A stretch of DNA of 64,000 nt from Antedon mediterranea (taxonomy: Eukaryota > Animalia > Echinodermata), in assembly GCF_964355755.1 (NCBI RefSeq), contig NC_092672.1:34168437-34232436 (forward strand), written 5' to 3'. The first letter of the stretch is position 1. Every line of letters starts with the position of its first letter. The position numbers and the translations under genes were made by a program. Below, piece after piece: positions 12,029-25,104 of this stretch. The notes under the pieces were generated by a model. The model worked only from the letters and a program-made list of their open reading frames with translations, was not told the DNA's origin and did not search any database.

Positions 12029-15000
12029 CTACACAATACCAGTAGTTGACCTGTTTTGGTTCTGGTTCTGCTGATCCATCTGTGCTTGCATCTTTTTCAA
12101 CATTTCTTGCATCTTCTTCAGTTCTTCCTCTTTTTCCAACAACATTCGATCCTTCTCGTTATTTTCCTCTATAATAACAGATTCTCTCTTCATTCGCCTG
12201 TGAAGTAATATATTAATAATAATAATAAATACTTTATTTTAACACGGAAAAGCTTGTATAACCACAAAGGTGTTCTTCTACAACATATCTTCTATAACAT
12301 AATCAAAATAGGAACTACGCAAATTCATTAAAGTAAGTTAATTTTATACTATAATAATAATATTTTAAAGTGTAAAATTGAAATCAATTATACAATGAAT
12401 AATAGCTATATATGTTCACACGTTCTTGTTTTCAACTCTGAAATGATTTTGGATCAGCTTAAATGCGTGTTATGCCTGCTGAAAGCTCTGTCTACATTAT
12501 GTGACAAAAAATGTGATGTGCCCATATATAGACATGATGATGTCATATCACTACCATGTTTGGGCATATCACTACCACATTTGGGCACATCACACTTCTT
12601 TTTGTCAAACTAGTTTCTTAGTGTAGTCAAAGCTTTACTCTACTATTCCGTGTGAACACGGCCTTACATACTTACCCTGTACGTTTTACTGGTGTAGCAT
12701 TGTCTGATTTTATGCATTGCAATCTATAGTTTTCATAATGTACATCACCAGTAACTTCCTTTAAATCTTGCATGTGAGTTCTGAGGTTAAAAAAAGAATA
12801 TTAGGTAGATAAATGAAATGATTAAACATAAAGGGTGACTCCGGGCATCACATTTTATTTAATGATTATGTTGATTATACTTATTGTCTGGCGAGTGTTG
12901 TGAAATAAGCCAGTTTTCAAAAAGTTGGCTACAGGACATTTTTTTCTAGTGTTCAAAAATAGGAATTACACCAAAATTGTATTTTATTTGTAGAAAAAAG
13001 TTTTAAAAATTAAAAAAGAACAATCAGTTACAAATAGTTAGTTGAGTAACGATTTTAAGTCATCGAAAATCCCTAAACCCGGAGCTAACCTTTAATACAA
13101 CACTATCGTATGACGTAAAACCTAAATTAGCATATTACGCGAAACTTACCTAATTAGCATATTACGCGAAACTTACATAATTAGCATATTACGCGAAACT
13201 TACCTAATTAGCATATTAAGCGAAACGTACCTAATTAGCATATTACGCGAATCTTACCTAATTATCATATTAAGCGAAACTTACCTAATTAGCATATTAA
13301 GCGAAACGTACCTAATTAGCATATTACGCGAATCTTACCTAATTATCATATTAAGCGAAACGTACCTAATTAGCATATTACGCGAATCTTACGTAATTAG
13401 CATATTACGCGATACTTACCTAATTAGCATATTACGCAACATGCCAAAATCACAATGTGCTGGATTCTCCACTTCTGTAATTCCCCATGGATAGAGTCTG
13501 CCACGCACCTTCTTGCCATTCACGTCTATTGTTGTGTTGCTACCAATCACAGCAAATGGAATGCTACCCTATTATTAATATGAAAAGAAATGGAGCAAAA
13601 AAATAAACCTTCTTCTTACATAAATCTAGTCTATAACAATTAGAACAAATGAAAATGCGTAACTGTATATTTTTTTAATTACAGTAAATTCACATACATA
13701 AAAACATAATCCTAAACAATAGCCCATCTTGCCACATACTTACATATAGCACTGCATTATACCACTATAAAGCAGACAAAACAATAAAGTAGGCTACTGT
13801 AGTTTTATCATTCATTCTAAACATTAAGAAACGACCATCACCCACATTTAAAACATCATTGGTACAACAAAATATCTAAACATTAGCATTAAAACTAAAA
13901 TTATATTAAATATAAACAAGCTAAAAATCTATATTCTACACAATCTACAGTAACAATCAATACCGACAAGACAGTATGCGCGTTCCATTTTCCCATGGAA
14001 AGTGGAAATGAATACGCGCTACTCGCGCGTTGTACGCGATGTTGCGTGGTTACCATTTCCGGTCTGTATCCCAGTAACTTCATAACAAAACAGAAGAAGC
14101 AACGACTGCTGCTGCTATAAACAACTGTCACCACAAATAGTAAGACACACTTTTAACGGTAAACCTTTTTTTACATACCATGCCTGGTTCTGTTTTGTCA
14201 TTTTCGGCAGAAATCTAATAACAGACAAGTTTAAAATACTAAAACAATTGTTCACTACATCATTCCATTTGCTGTGTATTTAATTTGATCTAGGTAGGCC
14301 TAGCTAGGCTAGTTCTGACGTTTACCTTAAGTTCAAGATTCTGTTGCTTAAATTCTTCGTCGTCTGACTCGCCTTCTGGAAATTGGTATATTGTGATATC
14401 GTGTTCTTCTATTTCATCAATTATCTGAAAGTTAAAAGAACAAGTTATTGTAAATCCTCTCTTTCGATCGAAAAGACCTAGGCCTCAGCTAGTACGTTTT
14501 TAACTTAGTCATCGCTTACCTTTGATTTTAGAATTTTAACTTCGGTTTTGGTAAGACAGTCCGCCTTTGCGATTACAGGAACAATATTTACTTTTTTGTG
14601 GAGTGCTTTCATAAATTGAACGTCGATAGGTCTTAACCTAAAAATATAAAAAAATAAATATTGGTTTTACATTTCATGGTATTTATTTATATCAAATTAG
14701 TTTTTATATGAATACATTTCGGGCTTGTCTCTTCACATAGGTAAACCTGATTGGTCTAAATTTTCGGTCAAAGTTTATTTGTCGATTACGATTTACATTT
14801 CTACAGTACTGTTAAAAATACGTCACGCAAACATGGAAACGCGTTTTAGTCGTGGTCTGGTCTAACGCTTTGTAAAATCGATGTTCTCACTCTAATCTGA
14901 CTTTTCTTTTTTTTATAACTTGAAATTGAAATATACAACAGATGTAGACAATTATCCTAAAATATCTTCTTATGCCTCGATGTATTTAAACATGCTTTAG

Positions 15001-18000
15001 GTGACGGGTTAAGAGGTGATCGACTCCTGATTCGTAGGCTTTATAACCAATTATCAGAATGTAATACGTTCTTAAGACCATACAACTTCTAAAGGTTGAT
15101 ATTTGTCTTGCTATCAATTCGTGTCGTGTCCAATTGATTGGTTGTCTGTTAAATTATTTGTTTTCATTCAATTTATTCACTCATTCGTTCATTTTCCATT
15201 CTAATCAGTTTGATATCTGTTTGTTCGTTACTCCATTCATTCAAATCAAGGCAATTGGGTTGCCTTTTATTCAAATAGCAATATTCATTCATTCATTTGA
15301 TTGTTCGTTCTTTCCTTTCCTTTTCTTTCATTCATTTATTCATTCAAATATTGGTTAAATTATTCATCCTTATGAAAACATTCGTTTCTTCTTTTATTTC
15401 TTTATCTCTTTAACTAATCTGCTCATTCGATCGTCGTGAATGAAAACTATTTCAATCTAAAAATTAGAACTAAAACTAAAATTATATTAAGTATAAGCAA
15501 GCATAAAATCTATATTCTATTTACTGTATTATATTAAACTACTATAACACAAAAGGTATCCCGCGTCAAGCGCGTTTCATTTACCATGGAAAGCGGAAAT
15601 GGGTACGCGCTACTCGCGCGTTGTACGCGATGTTTTGTAGTTACCATTTCCGGTCTGTATCCCAGTAACTTCATAACAAAACAGAAGAAGCAACGACTGC
15701 TATAAACAACTGTCACCACAACAAGTAAGACACACTTTTAACGGTAAGGCTTTTTTTACATACCATGCCTGGTTCTGTTTTGTCATTTTGGGCAGAAATC
15801 TAATAACAGACAAGTTTAAAATCATAAAAAAAGTTTCAATTATTAATCTTTATGAAAAGATTCGTTTCTTCTTTTATTTCTTTATCTCTTCAACGAATTT
15901 GCTCATTCGTTCGTGTGTAAAAATTCGTGTCTATATATTCGTTCGTTCATTCATTCAAATATTGGCTCAATAATTCATTCCTTTATGAAAACATTCCTTT
16001 CCTTTATTTCTTTATCTCTTCTTTTATTTATCTCTTCATTTCTTTATCCTTTTTTTGATTTCATCATCTACTATTCACTCAATGAATCAGCCCATGCGGT
16101 CGTGTACGTGTTTATTCACAGACCCATCCAACAATTCATTACTTTTTTGATTCACCCATTCATTCATACTTACCCGTGACCGTAAGGAGATAAATACAAT
16201 TATGATATAACAAGCTAAAAGCTATATAATATTCTACAATCTACACAGTATTCAATACACACACGTACAGACACAAAGCATCCCGCGTCAAGCGCGTACA
16301 TGCGCGTTACCTGAAATGGGTACGCGCTACTCGTTATTCATTATTTTTGCATACTTACCCATGACCGTACGGAGATATAAAATACAAGCAGCAGTGAATT
16401 CTGTTATCGATGATGTTCTTTCGGTTCAGTCCGCTCTCATCTCGGTAGTACTGATTAAACTGATCATCTACATATTTTACTATCGGTTGCCAACTGTAAA
16501 AAATGGTTTCATATTAATATTGTCTATTATTTATAGTTGTATTTTCGTATTGTCCTTCCTCTTTGTGTGTTTTAACAAATATTAAATACAAACATGATAG
16601 TGAAACAATAAGTAAGCCATATAATTTATACAAAGCTTGGATAATTAGTGAGAAATTTGTTAAAAGGGAAATTTAACTGTTTGTACTTTAGTTATCTAAA
16701 AAGATTGAGTTAAATATATTGTCCTCTAAAAAATAATTCTTAAACAATTTTTTGTTTTGTGCCATTTTAATGTCACCTAATAGTTCGTAAAGAAAATGTA
16801 TTTACCTAAAAAAACTGTAATTTAAAGCAAATAGTCAAATTGACTGCCAGACAATGGTTTTTTGGTTGAATTTAACCATTTATTTTATCATTTTATAAGT
16901 GAAAACATTATTTTTTTCAATTAACTTTAGGCCCCCTATTAAAACTAAAAAAATTATCTTTTCAAATTCTGTATTATTAATCTTAATTTTTCATGTTTTT
17001 GGGGGAATTACAACTTTATTTTGTTTAAACTTACGAATTGAGTCCATTGAGCTGGTCCCCGAATCCTGGAGTGTCGACAACGGTGAGCCTTAACTTTACA
17101 CCACATTCTTCAATATCAACCGAAGAACGTTCTATATCCACTGTTTTATTTATTCTTTCTGTGATTGAAAATTACAAATACAATCATGCTGAGATGAGTT
17201 AGGCGGTTGAGAAAATTGTATTTACATGGAAATTTTCCAAAAGTTATAGCTTATATAGGACTATAGTCTGGTCGTATTTTCGTAAATGTTGTCTTACCTT
17301 CTGCACTAGGAATGGCTTTATCAGAATATAGATCTGTCAGAAATAGACTATTTACTAGTGTAGATTTACCTAGCCCTGATTCACCTGAAATTACAAAAAG
17401 TAACAAAATATTTCAATATAACGAAAAGAACATGTTTTACTATTTGTTAAAGTTGTTTTTATAAATCCAGAAAAACTAGATTTAACTCGATCAATTTATG
17501 AACAAATCATAACAATAATATTGGCATTCTGACAAACAGTTCATATTTTATGTTTACGAGCTCTGGAGCATCATAACAATAGCTATAGATAACACTGATT
17601 GACACCAGCCGATTCTCGGTACTACTGTATCTATTTACTATCTATTTCCGAAGTATCATAAGGAATATTTGGTAATACAACATCACATGTGTTTCACATG
17701 TATCTAGTAGTAACCATAAGTTCTGTCTACACTATCAGACTTTATGTGACAAATGTGATGTGCGTGCCCAAATATGGTAGTGATATGCTTAAATGTGGTA
17801 GTTATATGACATCATCATGTCCATATATGGGCACAATCACATTTTTGTCACATAAAGTTTGATAGTGTAGACGGAGCTTAACCCTTAACCTAACCTTACA
17901 TGATACAGGCACCACACATGTGATATAAATGAGATGCTGTGTTACCAAATATTCCTATGATACTTCGGAAATAGGGTGCTGACACATATTGTATATTATT

Positions 18001-18135
18001 GTTGTCAGTGACTACTGCCGTCACTATGTTGTAATTACCTACAACCATGAGAGTAAATTCAAATCCTTTTTTGACCGATTTCCGATGAACCTGGTCAGGT
18101 AGCGTTGCAAAACCAACATAGTTTGTTGATGGAGT
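12029..18135 (-). CDS. SEPT2-subgroup septin (closest to SEPT4/SEPT5), shared core of 9 exons (360 aa plus an isoform-specific N-terminus)
   Basis: Exons 18135-18039, 17384-17298, 17158-17035, 16493-16359, 14637-14520, 14424-14326, 13568-13420, 12780-12676, 12197-12029 (1083 nt, in phase). Motifs YVGFATLP, polybasic [10 protein letters not shown]1 GESGLGKS, G3 DTPGFGD, G4 AKAD(CL), [11 protein letters not shown]...HCDF...HYENYR, and coiled coil [13 protein letters not shown]. Confidence 0.95.
13121..13437. repeat. 27-bp tandem array (~12 units) made of septin exon end plus 5' splice site
   Basis: Unit CTTACCTAATTAGCATATTACGCGAAA; on the minus strand CGTAATATGCTAATTAG|GTAAG. The highest-coordinate unit is the real junction at 13420/13419. 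Confidence 0.95.
13886..14237. repeat. ~350-bp intronic segment duplicated at ~15465-15822 (partial third copy ~16205-16335)
   Basis: Near-identical GCGCTACTCGCGCGTTGTACGCGATG...AGAAATCTAATAACAGACAAGTTTAAAAT; twin ORFs 13901-14134 and 15534-15719. Confidence 0.9.
16714..17016. mobile_element. Kolobok-like MITE, degenerate copy
   Basis: Same body as the 48555, 52576 and 57907 copies (GCCATTTTAATGTCAC, AATAGTCAAATTGACTGCCAG). Confidence 0.65.
17640..17974. mobile_element. Palindromic MITE with a nested dominant MITE (17719-17878)
   Basis: TIR CTATTTCCGAAGTATCATAAGGAATATTTGGTAA / TTACCAAATATTCCTATGATACTTCGGAAATAG; uninterrupted copy at ~25577-25724, fragment at ~22909. Confidence 0.8.
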
Positions 18136-18502
18136 CTGTAAATAAAGAAAATATCATTTTTATGAGTCAATAGTAAACAAACATTTACAGGAAAACACAC
18201 GATGATTGAAAAAGAAATCAAGTAAAACTACTTTCAAATTAAGGCGTGAGTTCGATTAGGTGGCGTAAGAAAACTCCGGAGTTTTGTACGAAATCAGAAC
18301 CCTTTTGCATGATTTTGTATCCGGCCATCGGACCCCCAAAATCCGCTTTCGATGTGAACAGTAGCTTAAACCATGGATGAATTCTGGCCACCGGACCACC
18401 AAAATCCGCTTTCGGTGTGAACAGGAGCTTAAACCATGGAGGAATTACTTCTTAATTAAATGCTTGTACTGTATCAAGTTCAATTTTCGTGGTGAGTATT
18501 AC

Positions 18503-18514
18503 CTCGTCCGTCAT
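18503..18514 (-). CDS. Candidate septin alternative first coding exon (MTDE)
   Basis: GAC ATG ACG GAC GAG|GTAATA; phase 0 matches the 18135 acceptor. Very short, so a chance match is possible. Confidence 0.45.
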
Positions 18515-19416
18515 GTCTCTTGTTGTCCGATCATACAAGGAACCTTACAAATTAATATCACAGTAGTGTTTAACTTTCTTTTTAATCCAAAGGATCCGCG
18601 TTGCAATAGTCATACCATAACTAATTCATTTCATTTATAGAGATATGAGTTTATACAGTAGGCCTCCTCCATAGAAAAAAATAAATAAAACTAATATTTA
18701 CACATACTACTATTTACACATAATAACGGAACCAGGCCAGTGCTTTGAAATTAGAGTTTGTGTGCTTAGACACTGACGATTTATCATTATGACAAAAAGT
18801 CCTCGACAACACACCGCCCCATCTCCCTAAACGGTGGGAAATAATCCCATCCTTAGCATTTTCTGTTGGCCTATATTCTTGAATTGTCAAAAACTCCTCG
18901 GCAACACCCCACCCCCATTTCCCTGGACGGTGGAAATCATCCCTAACTTTGGCATGTTTTGTATAGGCTTAACATTCTCGATCAAACTGTTATTGAAATA
19001 TGCATAGCATTTTGACTTGAATCTTCTACACTATTATACAGTATTATTTACATTTGTTATGATAAAAATATTTCACAACTGATTTACAATTCTAATAGTG
19101 ATATTGATACAGCTCAAACTACACAAACATTATCGTTTGACTTATTATAAATACAACTCATCACAAATAATTAACCTCGTCTCCATGTTTACACAGTGTG
19201 TTACATTTCCAAATGATTGCCTAGATTAAATGGTCGCCAACTCAAAACTTTTAACCAGACCCTTTTATTCAGAATGTATTTTCAGGTGAAACGGTAGTTG
19301 AGAAATCGTTGTTTACTTAGGCCTAATGAATTATAATAGGTGCGTCTATTTATTTAGGCCTAATAATGCAATGCATGATGAGGTGCGTCTATACGGTTGA
19401 TAGATCATATCAGTTA

Positions 19417-19549
19417 AGTTCTGTCTACACTATCAAACTAGTTTGACAAAAAAAGTGTGATGTGCTCAAATATGATAGTGATATGATCATCATGTCCATA
19501 TATGGGCACATCACATTTTTTGTCACATAAAGTGTGATAGTGCAGAGCT
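19417..19549. mobile_element. Dominant Harbinger-type MITE, copy
   Basis: TIRs with TTA...TTA. Confidence 0.85.
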
Positions 19550-19875
19550 TTAAACTACGGTCATTCACAGTTCTTCCGTTTCACGGAACGGAAGACAGCG
19601 CCGTTCAATCCGTAATTTCGTATAATTATGATTGCCCATATTGAATAAAACTAAATTCCAATTTTGGTTGGCGTGTAGGCACATTTTCTGGAGTAAATAA
19701 AAGTTACTTCATCGCCCCGTGCCTCGTCTTGATAAGTTTCCTTTGTCTAGTTTAATTTTGTCGATGTTTTCCAGACAAAAAATAATGATAAGCAACCTGG
19801 CTTGCTGACGGTCACGAATTAGAAAAACGGATTAATAAAATATAATTGTTTCAGTAGCCTATACAATATACTTAC

Positions 19876-19917
19876 CAGTAGTGGTCCTACGCTGTCAAAT
19901 GATTCGTCAGACTCCAT
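19876..19917 (-). CDS. Candidate septin alternative first coding exon (MESDESFDSVGPLL)
   Basis: ACT ATG G context, 14 open codons, CTG|GTAAGT donor, phase 0. Confidence 0.6.
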
Positions 19918-20861
19918 AGTAAAAAATATATAGGGCTTTCTAATCAGATCGCAGCCCTATTGTACTGCTTTTATTTGATTTAATATAGGAAGTAGATCTA
20001 TAGATATAGAGCTGCAGTTCTTCTAGCCCTTAGTAACCCGACGCTATTTTGATAGACCAGTAATGGCACTTAATACATGTACTTCAACATGCAGTTCCTT
20101 GTAAGAATCAGAAACATCCCTTACTGTTAATGTTTGGTTCAATACTAGTATTAGAAGTAGACTTACAACCGGTTTCTGTATCACATAAGTAATTAGGCCT
20201 TACGACAAAAGCGAAAGTTACAAATACGAAATTAAACATCAATTTGAAACTATCAATTTTATTTCAGCGTAATGAAAAGTACTCAATAAAGTAATGATTA
20301 ATAGATATTTTCCGCGAAGATTCGAACCCAGGATCATGGTATTAAAAGACAAGCCTATTTACAATGGATGCTCCGTGTCCTGCCCATGACTTACTTCTCA
20401 AGAACAACCTAAATCTGATAGGCCTACTAAACATAGGACTTAATGCGTGACACGCAATTACATAAAAATAAATATGACATTTGTTATTTAGGCCGATATC
20501 GAATTCTAGTAGATTACGTGATAATTATTTTTCATTATTAGCTGAATCGTACCACTTTATACGGTACTGTATCGGTGTATTTTCCAATATCGTCAATGTT
20601 AAAAATAGAAAGATATTTTAGGCCTATTCACCATTCATGCAAACATATTAGTATGCAGTAGCTGAATGTGCGAAACATAGCCTGACGAAATTACGAGCTT
20701 TCAGTGTTGAGTAGGCCTGCTGTAAATTTCAAGTGAAAGTTGATTGAGAGTATCCGAGGAAAAATTCCGGTAATGAACAGACTATTCATTGTATTTCTTT
20801 ATTTTCAATATTTACTATAGTAGTAAATGTAACAGACGATATAACTACCAACTTAACTTAC

Positions 20862-20870
20862 CTTTGACAT
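20862..20870 (-). CDS. Candidate septin alternative first coding exon (MSK)
   Basis: ATC ATG TCA AAG|GTAAGT, a consensus donor in phase 0; human SEPT2 also begins MSK. Confidence 0.55.
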
Positions 20871-23329
20871 GATTGTATATTTGAAAGCCGATCTCAATTC
20901 TCTAACTAATAAATGTTCTACCACCAATCGTCATAATTCATCAAAATGGCAATAATTATCCAACTCATTTGTTTGTTGTCATGAAATGATACATGATTCG
21001 CTTGCGGCCAAACCCTGTGGGTTTTGCCACAAAAACACAATACAATAGACGAATATACAAACTATTTGTATTGTATTGTCTACAAAACAGGGCTACTGTG
21101 TAGTTGAACTTGAGAAAACAGTGCCGCTTAACTTAAATATTGTATATGAATACGTAACAATAATGATTTTGAGAGGGCGTTTTTAGTAAGTCGACCATGA
21201 CCGCAGTGTGATGATGGAATCCCTTTATTTTTCTCCCACGTATTATAGCCGAATACATGTTGGGGTTTCCAGCCGATTTCACATTCCTTGTATTGCTATT
21301 AAATGAGTCGTTATGGAGAATTAAATAAACACTACAAGAAATACCACTAATGTCTAGGAATATCTGTATATTTGTTTCGTGATCATCTAGATTTCGCGGA
21401 TCCCATAACAGTAAAATTGATTCTTGTCGAGTATGGTCGTGAACACTATCCGTGAAAATGTAAGCCGGTACATTACTATTTGTGCCCTGCATCAAGATAC
21501 ATATTGTTTTAACATTTCATTCTCGTCTAACGTGTGATAGACAAGAAATCTCACCTTTTCTCTTTCCGTCCTCTCCATCCCTCTCATTTTCTTAATTTTT
21601 ATAGGCCTACGGTAATTTCAATTTTCGTCTCCATCTTCGTCACTAAAATCATTTTAATAATTTCCATATCATCTTATTATTTGACTATCCTCATCATTCG
21701 CCCTCACCTAACCATCACCTTATCAGAACTTCCAACTTTATTTTTTATCATTGTTTAAACCCTTCATCTTTACGTCCTCGTTACGCTCATCTTCTACATT
21801 CAAATTCAAACACGTTTCTCTGCTTAACCTGTGACTTTGGCATGCGTCACTCTAGTAGGCCTTAATCCACTTCAGATTAATAACTAGATTTAAAAGAGAT
21901 TACTGAAATTTGCTTGATTGAGTGCCATAGGATTATTGGTCTTTGTCACATCTTTTGATGAATATTTTAAACGGGTCATTAAAATTCCACGGACTATCAA
22001 AGTAGGCCTATTCGAGATATTTGTGGTTTTGGTTTGTATATTGAACGTGAAATAAAGGGTATTTTGAAATACCTAGATACACGCATTGTCCACAAAAATT
22101 GATCAATAATAATGCCTAAACAAACGACTGGGATCATATCGATGGAGTGTACGGACTATAGATTATGATCCATGTACGGACGGAGTAGGACACATTTGAT
22201 TGGGCCGGCGAGTGTGTAGGCCCTAGTAAAGCATTATGAACCATGTCCATGATAAAATCTACCCGTCTTGTAGACGTAGTAGGCCTACAATTTGAACTAT
22301 GGTAATGGATGATATTTGTCTGGTCCTTAAAAAAAACAATTGATTATTAACTTGCTATATATAGTTTCGTATATTTAAAAAAGTCTGTGTGATATACTTT
22401 ATATATTGTCCGGCTTCATTTTTTGTCCATCTTCAGTTGAAACACGCGGTATCTCATTTGAACAAATTTTCTTTCACATATCAATTAAAAACGAACGTTT
22501 AAAAGCATTATTAATACACTATTTTTTATCATATTTTCTATGTATGTTTAGGGTCAAGTATTTACATAGACTATAAACTTAGGTCAAGTATTTACTATAC
22601 ACAGTACTTTACTTCACTGTTCATCGGCTTTTGACACCTCTCACAAAAAGTTTTTATTCGGATGCTTTTTATTTCAATGTCAGTTATGCGTGAAATTGGA
22701 CGGTGTGGCAGATGGGGCCAATCAGAGGTGCTCTACCTGTTGCTTAGAATTGTAGCCTACAGTAGGCTTTTACTTGTCTTCCAGTTAGTGTTTGTTATGA
22801 TTGATTAAAATCATTATGGTTTAGCATTATTACCCTGATCGTCGTGATAAATCAGAATCAATAGAATTAAAGATTGGCATTAAAATAACTCAACAAATTC
22901 TCGGTACTGTATCTATTTCCGAAGTACCATAGCAACTACAGTATTCGACACATCAATAATATGATCAAAATATCTGCTAAAGAATAAGAAATCCATCGGT
23001 ATAGAATTGCTGATGAATTTTCAAAAGTAAACTAACGTATGTTTTTTCTGTACTTAATAATTTATTGGCGGCGATGTTTTTAATTTTTCCATTACGAACA
23101 ATATAAACATCGTATTGTAAACACATTAGAGTAGTAACTCGCAGATTATTTACTGTCTTGGGGTGAAAAGTTAACTTCTCGTCACACAATACCACCCATC
23201 GACTTCCCATCCCAGGAGTAGCTCTTGTAATTCAATAAATTGCACTCCATTAGCTCAATTATTAAATTGCTCAATTCCTTGAATCGGTTCAATTGAACTT
23301 CTGTATGCCAAGGATGTAAACAGTACTGC

Positions 23330-23705
23330 AGCACCGGTTATTTTATAACACGAAGCACGTTCACTTTTGTTGGGACACGCGTTTAAAACTTAAGCCGTAC
23401 CATTTTATTACCAGAGTTTGAACGCGCGCGTATAGTATCCTTATACCATTATCAGTGTCTAGACGCGTGCGTGCTGTTTGGACACGCGCTTAAATCAGAG
23501 TTTGAACGCGCGCGTATAGTATCCTTACCATTATTATTATCAGTGTCGGGACGCGTGCGTACAATAGCCGTACCGTGTTTATCATCAGCATTTTAACGCG
23601 CGCGTACTCCTACCATTTTATAACCAGTATTTTAACGTGCGTGTCAATGTTTAAACGTTGAGGTTTGTACGCATGTTATTTTGTTTACTTGTTTAACACG
23701 TTTAT
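23330..23705. repeat. Degenerate CpG-rich tandem repeat (ACGCGCGCGT cores)
   Basis: Recurrent CCATTTTAT..CAG..TTTGAACGCGCGCGTA units. Confidence 0.75.
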
Positions 23706-24326
23706 TGTGGTAAACCATGTAAAAAATCTCCAAATAAATAAATACCTTAAGCAGGTATGTTTTTAGTTGATTTTTTTTTTATAACACGGTTAAAGATCAA
23801 CCACTTGTACTGTCTGCGGTGACTGGTTTATGTCTCCGATATAAAAAGCCCCTCATAATTAGGAAACAAAACTGTATAATTAGTTGTACCTGTCGTTAAC
23901 GAAGTTGATCAACACCAGATTGTATATACATGTGCTTGCCATGTGTTTCGTAAATCAGTCCATACAACATAGGGTTACTATGGCTTCACGGCATGAGTTA
24001 AGAACAATTAATAAAACCACAAAAACAAGAATTTTAACCCAGTTTTAGCGTAATACAAATAGAAATATTTTGTGTTAAATAGTTCCCTTTATATTCTGAC
24101 AACAGCGAATGAAAAGAGTGAGTGGAGTGTAAAGAGGCTACCGTATAATATTAAAACTGATCAAAATGGAGGAACGATGATGACGTATTGATAATCGTTG
24201 ACGTAATTTTCTAGGAAGATAAAACTTGTTAAAAGCATGGAAATTATTCCTCCGTTGTAATGTAGGATATAGACTAAAACATTGTATGTAGTAGTTTTTA
24301 TTTAAATACAGTACAGTACGCTTATT

Positions 24327-24450
24327 CAGGGTGTACCACTTTCAGGGGACACTTTAATATGAAACAAACAAGGAGCAATGTTTTAACAACACAGTTGGGG
24401 GACGCCTTTCTTTGGATCCCGAATGTGTCCCCTTAATAGAGGTTCTACTG
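24327..24450. mobile_element. TcMar/pogo-like MITE family (other copies ~30244, 33562-33748, 43303-43951, 56070-56314)
   Basis: Family ends (TA)CAGT.GAACC.CTATTAAGGGGACAC / GTGTCCCCTTAATAGAGGTTCTACTG; left end degenerate in this copy. Confidence 0.65.
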
Positions 24451-24602
24451 TCTTGTGTTACTCGGGTTTTTTCACATTTATCTATTATTTATTTCATTTT
24501 ATTTATTACGTGCAATGTATTTCAAATATTTTAAAAGATGATAAAATAAAATGGGGACGAACTCACACATAAGACAAAAAAATAAATAAACGTTTGATTT
24601 AC

Positions 24603-24898
24603 CTTTTCCCCTGCGTGATATGAACTAACTCGTTCCCGAGCTGTTGGCGTGGAGCCTGACGTGGCTGACGAAGAAGTTGCACTCGGCGACACCGCTTCCG
24701 TACTGTATCGACGAAAACGACTTCCTTTACTTTCGCCAGTCGGGGAGGTTACGGAATCAACCGAATCACGATCTCGTTCATGAAACCGGTCTCGGGTTGA
24801 GCTGACATCGGACGGATAGCGCTCGTACCGATCTCCTCGGTTATAGTCACTGGACGGAGATGTATGGGACGGACTCCCGTAACGATCGTACGATGAAC
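24603..24898 (-). CDS. Septin long-isoform internal exon (Ser/Arg/Asp-rich low-complexity N-terminal extension)
   Basis: CAG|GT TCA TCG TAC GAT CGT...GGG GAA AAG|GTAAAT; 296 nt open, phase 1 in and phase 0 out; GC-richer than its flanks; lies within ORF 24531-24941. Confidence 0.85.
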
Positions 24899-24976
24899 CT
24901 GTCGTAAATTGATTTTTAAAAATACATAAAGATGACGACATAGTGTCTAGTTATAAACCCTCCATATACACAGTTA

Positions 24977-25104
24977 AACTTGGTTCCCACTTGGACGCAA
25001 CGCAAGGACGTAAACGCAACGCAGTTCAAAATAATCCATCGCTTGTGATTGGTCAACTCACCTGCGTTACGTCCTTGTGTTGCGTTTGTAGTGGGAACCA
25101 AGCT
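24977..25104. mobile_element. Second Harbinger-type MITE family
   Basis: TIR A(G/A)CTTGGTTCCCACT / AGTGGGAACCAAGCT with TTA...TTA. Confidence 0.85.

Noticed and set aside
11673-12613. Small ORFs containing [18 protein letters not shown]-like peptides (also 26050, 32432, 35318, 63755)
   Set aside because: They are read-throughs of the dominant MITE; copies carry frameshifts and there is no transposase similarity.
19175-19186. Additional septin first exon ATG GAG ACG AG|GTTAA
   Set aside because: The donor is phase 2, incompatible with the phase 0 acceptor at 18135.
21133-21495. 120-aa ORF in the septin 5' region
   Set aside because: No recognisable homology and no convincing phase-compatible splice sites.
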